In this document: positions 41,626 to 48,426 of the stretch, piece by piece | How positions within the stretch are numbered: the first letter of the stretch is position 1 | Layout: the number at the start of each line of letters is the position of its first letter | Assembly: GCA_945915275.1 (NCBI GenBank) | Contig: CAMEEZ010000004.1 | Location: 1-48,426, forward strand | From: an uncultured Mycoplasma sp. | GTDB lineage: Bacteria; Bacillota_I; Bacilli_A; RF39; UBA660 | Length of the DNA: 48,426 nt | Direction: 5' to 3' | The notes under the pieces: generated by a model | Databases searched by the model: none | The model's input: only the letters and a program-made list of their open reading frames with translations | What the model was told of the DNA's origin: nothing | Made by a program: the position numbers and the translations under genes

Positions 41626-42519
41626 TTACTCCCAATTTACAAATTCTTGTTCAACAATTAAATCGATTCCTGTTTTATGTAAAACTTCATCATGAACTAG
41701 AGTTATTAAATCTTTAATGTCTTTACCTGTAGCGTTTCCAATATTTATAATAAAATTAGCATGTTTTTCACTGACTTTAGCTCCACCAATGGTTTTTCCT
41801 TTTAATCCAACTTCTTGTTCGATAATTCTTCCTGAAGCATCACCTTCGGGATTTCTAAATACGCTTCCTGCAGACGGATAATTTAATGGTTGAGTATCTT
41901 TTCTTTTTTCTAAACGTCTTTTTACAACTTCTAAAGATTCTTTTTTATCTCCGTATTCTAATTTTAATGTAACATCTAAAATGATTAAATTTTTATTATC
42001 TTTAAAGCTGGTATGACGATATTTATAAAAAATATCATCCTTTTTTAAGACTTTAATTTTATTATTCTCATCAATTATAGTTACACTATCTATAAAATCA
42101 AACATACAAGATTTATATGCACCAGCATTGCCTACCGTACTTCCACCGACAGTACCAGGTATTCCTGTTGCCCATTCAAGTCCTTTTAATCCATGATTTA
42201 TTGCTTCAATTGCTAAACGTGGAAGCATAACTCCAGCTTCAGCTATAACTTTATTTTCATCAAAACATATTTTATTTAAATTATCTAATTTTATGATTAC
42301 TCCATCATATAAGTCATCACTAAATACAATATTAGATCCATTTCCTAAGATAAAGAATTTAGTTTTAGTCTCCTTTAAATAAATAATTAAATCAACTAAG
42401 CTATCTTTATCATTTGGATGAATTAAATATTTAGCTTTTCCTCCTATTTTATATGTATTATAATCTTTTAATGAAACTTGTTTTAAAACTTTACCAAATC
42501 TTTGTAAATTATCCATCAT
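41626..42519 (-). CDS. murB: UDP-N-acetylenolpyruvoylglucosamine reductase
   Basis: TYKIGG, LGNGSN, GIPGTVGG...NAGAY, QPL..PSAGSVFRNP, SEKHANF. Confidence 0.97.
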   Translation of the reverse strand: MMDNLQRFGKVLKQVSLKDYNTYKIGGKAKYLIHPNDKDSLVDLIIYLKETKTKFFILGNGSNIVFSDDLYDGVIIKLDNLNKICFDENKVIAEAGVMLPRLAIEAINHGLKGLEWATGIPGTVGGSTVGNAGAYKSCMFDFIDSVTIIDENNKIKVLKKDDIFYKYRHTSFKDNKNLIILDVTLKLEYGDKKESLEVVKRRLEKRKDTQPLNYPSAGSVFRNPEGDASGRIIEQEVGLKGKTIGGAKVSEKHANFIINIGNATGKDIKDLITLVHDEVLHKTGIDLIVEQEFVNWE

Positions 42520-43598
42520 TCTATCAAGTCCTTTATCTCATTATATATAATATCAGCACTTTTAGTGATATTCATCTTTTTAATATGCTCTTTCAGTCTA
42601 CTATATTTTTCTTTATTGGTAAATAAGGAATTTATTTCTTTTTTTAATTTATGAGTATTTAAATCTTTTTCTAAAATAAGTAATGCAGCTTTTTTTTCTT
42701 TTATTTCCAAAGCATTATAATATTGATGATTATTAGCAACGTATGGACTAGGAATAAAGATTGTAGGAAGTTCTAAGGCTAAACTTTCTGTTATTGCTCC
42801 AGCACCTGCTCTTGAAATGAAAAGATCTGTATCTTTCATTAAACCCGTAAGATTTTCCATATATGGTTTTACTATAACATTCTTAGGAAAAATAACATCT
42901 TTAATAAAACTATCATAATAATTTTTTCCTGTTATATATAAAACTTGATAATCTTCATTTTCGATACTTAATAAAAATTCTTTCATAATATTATTAAATG
43001 TTGAACTTCCAAGACTTCCTGCTACAATTGTAACTAATTTTTTGTTTTTTTTGAATCCTAAATTAGTCTTATCTACCTTTATAGCATTTAAGGCTCTATC
43101 ACCACAAGGATTACCAGTATAAACAATTTTTTTAGCATTTTTAAAATAACCCTTACTTTTCTCAAAAGATACTCCAACTAAATCAACTTTTTTGGCTAAA
43201 GCTATGTTACTCTTGCCAGGAATACTATTTTGTTCATGAATAAACGTTTTAATTCCTAAGCTTTTTGCAGCACTTAACACTGGATATGTAACGTATCCTC
43301 CAACACCAATAACAATATCTGGCTTAAATTCTTTAATTATTTGTTTACATTTATCTTTAGCTTTTTTTATCAAATAGATATTTTTAAAATCTCTCAAAAT
43401 ATCTGTTTTACTAAAGCCATAGATTTCTATACTCTCATATTTTATTCCTAAAGGTGGTACTATATCTTTTTCCATCCTATTATGAGTTCCAATATACAAA
43501 ACATTTAAATTTTTTTCTTTTTCTTTAAACTTTTCAATAATAGATAAAGCTGGATATATATGGCCACCAGTACCACCAGCCGTAATTATTAAATTCAT
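42516..43598 (-). CDS. murG: Lipid I N-acetylglucosaminyltransferase
   Basis: GGTGGHIYPA, GGYV, HEQN, TGNP, GSLG, SRAGA, HQYYNA; probable start ATG 43598. Confidence 0.97.
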   Translation of the reverse strand: MNLIITAGGTGGHIYPALSIIEKFKEKEKNLNVLYIGTHNRMEKDIVPPLGIKYESIEIYGFSKTDILRDFKNIYLIKKAKDKCKQIIKEFKPDIVIGVGGYVTYPVLSAAKSLGIKTFIHEQNSIPGKSNIALAKKVDLVGVSFEKSKGYFKNAKKIVYTGNPCGDRALNAIKVDKTNLGFKKNKKLVTIVAGSLGSSTFNNIMKEFLLSIENEDYQVLYITGKNYYDSFIKDVIFPKNVIVKPYMENLTGLMKDTDLFISRAGAGAITESLALELPTIFIPSPYVANNHQYYNALEIKEKKAALLILEKDLNTHKLKKEINSLFTNKEKYSRLKEHIKKMNITKSADIIYNEIKDLIE

Positions 43599-43624
43599 AA
43601 GATTCACCCATTTAATTATACTAT

Positions 43625-43651
43625 AAAACTGATAATAAATTATCAGTTTTT
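43625..43651 (-). terminator. Hairpin between murD2 and murG
   Basis: AAAACTGATAAT-loop-ATTATCAGTTTT. Confidence 0.65.
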
Positions 43652-43656
43652 AATTT

Positions 43657-44985
43657 TTAGTGTAAACCATATTTTTTTACACATTCAATATAATCCTTAC
43701 TTTTTTCCTCATAATTTTTATAATTATTATAACTAGGAGCAGAAGGCGATAGTAAACAATACTTACCTTTTCCGGTTACTTCATAAGCTTTTTTTACAGC
43801 ATCTTCCATACTTTCAAAATAAAAAATTCTTTTGTCTAATTTTAGTTCAAATAACTTTTCGTAAATATATAAACCAGTTTCTGGTTGACAAATAATATTT
43901 GAAATATTTGTTTTTGCTAACGCTTCAATAAAATCATCATATCCTATTTTTCTATCCATTCCTCCGATTATTAAGGTGTCCACTTTTTCTAAGGTTCTAA
44001 TAGAATTTAGTGTAGAATTTGGGATTGTAGCTAATGTATCATCATAAAATGTTATGCTTTTATATGTTCCAATACATTCCATACGATGAGGCAAAGTTTC
44101 AAATTGACGGATTACTTTCTCTACTTTTTTTAAGTCTAATTTTAGAATTGTTGCAACTTTTAATGCAAAAACAATGTCTATTCTATTAAATAGCCCTTCT
44201 AATTTTTGTCCTTTTTTAAAATCATATATTTTCTTGCTTTCAAAAGTAACAACATCATTTACTATAATATCTTCATTAATAGGAATTTGCTTACTTTTTA
44301 AATTCATACTTTTAACTAAATTATTTAATTCTTTATTCTTATCATAAAATAAAGCATAATCATTAGTATTTTGATTTTTAAACATCTTGAGTTTCGCATT
44401 ATAATAATTATCTAAATTATAAAAATAATCTAAATGCTCAGGAAATAAATTTAAAATTATTCCGATATGTGGACTATTATGCAAATCATTCAATTGATGT
44501 GCAGACATTTCTGCTACAACATAAGATTCATTATTAAAGTCTTCAATGTAATCAAACACTGGTATCCCAATATTTCCAACATAAAAAGTGTTATCTATTT
44601 GATTTTTTATTATTTGATAAATTAAACTACTTGTAGTACTTTTTCCTTTTGTTCCCGTTATCCCAATTAATTTAATATTAGTAAATCTTAGTAATAAATC
44701 AAATTGTGATGTAATCTCTGTATTGAAACTCTTATTTATCAAACTTATTCCTGGGGATTTTATAACTAAATCAAAATCATTCAATCTTTCTAAATAATCT
44801 TTTGAAATTAGACTTATATTATTATCTTTTAAGTCTTTTATTGATTCACTATTTTGATCTAAGATAGTTATATTTTTTTGAGGCAAATGTTTTCTAATTA
44901 AATTATAACTGGATTTTCCTTCTCTTCCAAACCCTAAAATAGCAATGTTTTTATCTTTTATATATTCAATAATTCTATGATACAT
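43657..44985 (-). CDS. murD: MurD-family ligase, probably MurD2 (UDP-MurNAc-L-Ala:L-Glu ligase)
   Basis: LGFGREG, KSPGI, ITGTKGKSTT, GNIG, EMSAHQL, NLFPEHLD, LPHR, LLSPSAPS; overlaps the murL stop. Confidence 0.85.
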   Translation of the reverse strand: MYHRIIEYIKDKNIAILGFGREGKSSYNLIRKHLPQKNITILDQNSESIKDLKDNNISLISKDYLERLNDFDLVIKSPGISLINKSFNTEITSQFDLLLRFTNIKLIGITGTKGKSTTSSLIYQIIKNQIDNTFYVGNIGIPVFDYIEDFNNESYVVAEMSAHQLNDLHNSPHIGIILNLFPEHLDYFYNLDNYYNAKLKMFKNQNTNDYALFYDKNKELNNLVKSMNLKSKQIPINEDIIVNDVVTFESKKIYDFKKGQKLEGLFNRIDIVFALKVATILKLDLKKVEKVIRQFETLPHRMECIGTYKSITFYDDTLATIPNSTLNSIRTLEKVDTLIIGGMDRKIGYDDFIEALAKTNISNIICQPETGLYIYEKLFELKLDKRIFYFESMEDAVKKAYEVTGKGKYCLLSPSAPSYNNYKNYEEKSKDYIECVKKYGLH

Positions 44986-46315
44986 TTTTTAATTCTTCTT
45001 TCAATATATTTTGATACTCTTGAGGTATAAAATTTTCTTCATTATAATCATTTAATAAAGAATATTCTTCTAGAGGATAATTATCTTTATAATATTTTAA
45101 TAGATAAGGTAATTCTGTTCTCTTTTTTATAGCCATGGATACAGCATATCTCACTTCTTTAACTGTACCTACACATTCAAATGGTTTGAATTTTTCAAGT
45201 CCCAATAATTCTCTAAATGTTTTTAATAAGCTCTCTTTTTCATATAAGTTTTCTTTGAATATTTCTAATAATTCTTCATCACTTAAATATGGACTCAGTA
45301 TTATATATACGAATAAACATTTTGGACATTCATCACACCAATTCCAAGGATCTTCTTTGCTTCCAATATTACAACTTTTAAAGACTTTATGATATTTTTT
45401 ATATTTACTAAAAAGAAATGATATTTGGGTTTCATTTAAAGCTCTAAGCAAAGAAAAGTATTTGATATTTAATCCCAAATATTTTTCAGCATATGAATTA
45501 AAATCATATTCATATTCATAACTTTTTGAATATTGATGATTAACATTTGTTCCCAAAACCGTAGCTTCATTAGCGCTTGATTCATTAGATAAAACAATAT
45601 ATTTTTTATTGCATAAATATGCGCATAAATATGAAATGAATGAAACTAAAGCGCTAAAGGGTGTATGTCCATTTAAAAATCCTTTTTCGTTCAATTCTAA
45701 TAATCTTTTATCTAAAATTCTTTTTACCGAAAATGCTTTATCATAACCAGATGCTTCAACACATGCTAAATGAACATTTTTAGGATTTATTATAAAAGGA
45801 GTGTTATTATAATTCTTAAGTAATTCTAAGGTAACATTAGAGTCTTTTCCTCCACCTACTGGAATTAAGTTCCCATCACCTTCATAATTATCTTTGATAA
45901 TTTTTTCTTCTTTATGTTCAATTATAATTTCAAATAAATCTTCTTCTTTAATTTCAATATTATTGCGATATAAGAATTCACCAAGGCCACGATAATATAG
46001 TTTTTTCCACCAAATAATTTGTTCTGCATCTAAATAGCCAGCTTTGATAATAATTTTTTTTGAACATGTACACTTTAAATAACTTATTAACTCTACCATT
46101 CCTATATTAAAAGCCAAGTTTTTTATAGTATTATTATTAATATTTTTATTAGTTATATCTTCTTTATTAATTATAATACTAGGATTAAATTCGCATAATT
46201 CTGGTATCTTAAAATAATAAATAATTTTGTAAAAATCTTCATCTTCAATTATCTCATAATTTTCATAAATAAATTCTTCATATTTATTTCTTAATTCTAA
46301 AAATTTAGAATTCAT
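44975..46315 (-). CDS. murL: UDP-MurNAc-L-Ala-L-Glu epimerase MurL-like
   Basis: PVGGGKDS (PP-loop-like), LNGHTPFSA, SNESSANE, VNHQYSKS, FSLLR, FKSCN, WCDECPKCLF, KPFECVG; coupled to murD. Confidence 0.82.
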   Translation of the reverse strand: MNSKFLELRNKYEEFIYENYEIIEDEDFYKIIYYFKIPELCEFNPSIIINKEDITNKNINNNTIKNLAFNIGMVELISYLKCTCSKKIIIKAGYLDAEQIIWWKKLYYRGLGEFLYRNNIEIKEEDLFEIIIEHKEEKIIKDNYEGDGNLIPVGGGKDSNVTLELLKNYNNTPFIINPKNVHLACVEASGYDKAFSVKRILDKRLLELNEKGFLNGHTPFSALVSFISYLCAYLCNKKYIVLSNESSANEATVLGTNVNHQYSKSYEYEYDFNSYAEKYLGLNIKYFSLLRALNETQISFLFSKYKKYHKVFKSCNIGSKEDPWNWCDECPKCLFVYIILSPYLSDEELLEIFKENLYEKESLLKTFRELLGLEKFKPFECVGTVKEVRYAVSMAIKKRTELPYLLKYYKDNYPLEEYSLLNDYNEENFIPQEYQNILKEELKNVS

Positions 46316-46326
46316 AATATCACCAC

Positions 46327-47220
46327 TTATTCTTCTTTAGTTCTTTTTAATTCTCTTATTAATATTTCTTTGTTTTCTGCAGTTCCTCTGGTTAAAGGAA
46401 GTCTTGGACTTCCTACATTAAATCCTTCAATTTCTAGGGCACTTTTAATAGGAATAGGATTTACTTCATTAAATAATGCTCGAATTAAAGGTTGATATAA
46501 TTCTTGAAGTTTTTTAGCTTTTTCTTTATTCCCAGCAAAATAATTCTCACAAATATTATGTGTATCCTTAGGCCTTATGTTTGCTAAAACAGAAATCACT
46601 CCGTCACCGCCTAAATCTAAGATATCATATATTTGATTATCATTTCCAGAATATACTGCAAAATCACTATTTAGATTTTTTGTTAATTCAATTATTTTTT
46701 TTACTTGTTCTAAATTTCCACTAGCTTCTTTAATTCCGACAATGTTAGGAATTTTTGATAATTCAAGCACTGTTTCAGGTAAAATATTTACTCCTGTCCT
46801 TGAAGGAACATTATATATAATTATAGGAATATTAACATTATTGGATATTTCAGTATAATGGGCTACTAATCCTTGTTGAGTACATTTATTATAGTATGGA
46901 GTTACTATTAATAAAGCATCTACGCCTATTCTTTCAGCCATCTTAGATAATTTTATTGCATGTCTAGTATCATTACTTCCTGTTCCCGCAATAATAGGTA
47001 CTCTATTATTTGAAGCCATTTTAACAGTGCTGAATGAAAGCATTTTCTCTTCATCAGTCATAGTTGAAGATTCTCCAGTTGTTCCACAAACAATAATAGC
47101 ATCAGTATTATTCTTTATTTGATTATAAGTTAAATCCCTTAATCTATCATAATCAACCTCATAAACATTATCCTCTTTAAATGGAGTAACTAAAGCAACA
47201 CCACTTCCCCTAAATAACAT
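46327..47220 (-). CDS. dapA: 4-hydroxy-tetrahydrodipicolinate synthase
   Basis: ALVTPF, CGTTGES, AGTGSN, TPYYNK, YNVPSRTG, GIKEASG; probable start MLFRG at 47220. Confidence 0.96.
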   Translation of the reverse strand: MLFRGSGVALVTPFKEDNVYEVDYDRLRDLTYNQIKNNTDAIIVCGTTGESSTMTDEEKMLSFSTVKMASNNRVPIIAGTGSNDTRHAIKLSKMAERIGVDALLIVTPYYNKCTQQGLVAHYTEISNNVNIPIIIYNVPSRTGVNILPETVLELSKIPNIVGIKEASGNLEQVKKIIELTKNLNSDFAVYSGNDNQIYDILDLGGDGVISVLANIRPKDTHNICENYFAGNKEKAKKLQELYQPLIRALFNEVNPIPIKSALEIEGFNVGSPRLPLTRGTAENKEILIRELKRTKEE

Positions 47221-47320
47221 AAATTTCATCTCCTATTAAATTATATGGTATTTTTACTAATTTAGCAAATAAACACTTAAAAATTATGATTTTATAACAA
47301 AAAAGCAACATATAAGTTGC

Positions 47321-48426
47321 TTATTCATAAATATTTAATCCATCTGATGATATTACTTTTGCATTTCCATACCACCTATATGAGCTCATTGTAGAAGCAT
47401 CGACATTCGCTAAAAAGTCCTCTTTAGTTCTTTCAGTTCTTATTATTACATCACTTGTTGCCGTTTCAAACGCACCACTTTCAATTGTAGTTATATTTGA
47501 AGGTATATATACTTCAGTTAAATAATTTTCCCCATTATATTTGCCAGTTGTAAGAGAATTGGCAAAAGCTAATGACCTTATTGCTGTTACTCCGCTTCCA
47601 AATTTAATAGCCTTTATTGGATTATTTCTAAACATACTAGAAGCGATTGCTGTTACATTATCCGGCACAATTACTTCTTCGATTTCATTAATCGCAAATA
47701 AACTTCCACACTTAGACCAGTCTATATTACTTCCTAATTTAAACTTCTTAATCATGTTTCCATAAAAGACACTAGGTAAACCACTTGTAACACTATCAGG
47801 AATTACAACTTGTTCTAGCGAATTATATCTAAATGCAGCTCCGTTAATAGTTGTTAGGGTCTTCGGAAAACTTACAAACGATAATTTTCCCAGTGTTGAG
47901 CTAGTGGTACTTGCCCCGAAAGAATTTGCCCCAATACTAACCAATCCATCCTTAAATATTATTTTTTCTATGTTTGGATTAAACTGGAAAGATGATGTTC
48001 CAAGTGTTGTTACACTTCTTGGAAATTCTACGCTTGTTAACCCTTTTTCTTTAAATGTTCCATTTCCTATTTTCGTTACAGCTACTCCACCTATTTCATA
48101 TGGTATTACGACATCTGTTCCTCCACATGTCGCATCATATGCTGTTATTGACCCTGTTGCTGCATCAAATGTAAAACATTCTGCTGGTGTATAATATTTC
48201 TCTATTCCTTGTCCAGCATTTATTTTTACTTGTGATATGAATGCTGTTCCTTGTTCAGTTGTTGGGCTACTTTCATCTATCCATAATCTTAAGGTATGTG
48301 TATTTGTTGATTTTCCCATTACTGTGTCATATCCCAATACTCTTTTTTCTTTTACTCCATTTTCTGTTGTCTGTTCTCTACTTAAATCACTATATAATGT
48401 TGGCACTCCATAGTCTAATAGTGTTG
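47321..48426 (-). CDS. BspA-type leucine-rich-repeat surface protein (5' partial)
   Basis: Repeats L.SV.FP.SVT.IG..AF..N; frame stays open to the window edge; terminator AGCAAC-loop-GTTGCT-T6 at about 47299-47322. Confidence 0.85.
   Translation of the reverse strand, partial: TLLDYGVPTLYSDLSREQTTENGVKEKRVLGYDTVMGKSTNTHTLRLWIDESSPTTEQGTAFISQVKINAGQGIEKYYTPAECFTFDAATGSITAYDATCGGTDVVIPYEIGGVAVTKIGNGTFKEKGLTSVEFPRSVTTLGTSSFQFNPNIEKIIFKDGLVSIGANSFGASTTSSTLGKLSFVSFPKTLTTINGAAFRYNSLEQVVIPDSVTSGLPSVFYGNMIKKFKLGSNIDWSKCGSLFAINEIEEVIVPDNVTAIASSMFRNNPIKAIKFGSGVTAIRSLAFANSLTTGKYNGENYLTEVYIPSNITTIESGAFETATSDVIIRTERTKEDFLANVDASTMSSYRWYGNAKVISSDGLNIYE

Overview
Very AT-rich (roughly 25% GC by eye), compact chromosomal segment of a walled, probably spore-forming, genome-reduced Bacillota/Bacilli organism. 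The gene set resembles RF39-type gut Bacilli, which is an inference. It reads in the standard code 11. Almost all genes are on the minus strand. The housekeeping blocks are: T-box-kinase-like ORF-alaS; gpr-spoIIP divergent from rpsT; CIRCE-hrcA-grpE-X-dnaK-pepF-dnaJ; ireB-ruvX-DUF1292-mltG-trmR-U32-U32-greA; prsA; recX with a LexA box; yqeG-yqeH-mutL; deoD; rpsB-tsf-...-frr; and dapA-murL-murD2-murG-murB-divIB-queH. The most unusual element sits between tsf and frr, where pyrH normally lies. It is a tandem array of three related RpoD-like sigma-70 modules, each preceded by a shared, uncharacterised N-terminal domain. Two modules are fused in a 927-aa double sigma factor with altered -10/-35 recognition residues, and the third is a separate 394-aa gene. 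Other notable items: a 976-aa internally duplicated GTGWCTAG/leucine-rich-repeat protein; a TYW3-like SCSGH ORF translationally coupled inside the dnaK operon; the MurL/MurD2 route to D-Glu; an Ala T-box that directly precedes a kinase-like gene; two YjcZ/SscA-like small ORFs missing from the ORF track; and an S2 protein with a Rho-N-like tail. I found no rRNA, tRNA, CRISPR array or mobile element. All calls come from motif recognition by eye; no database search was run.
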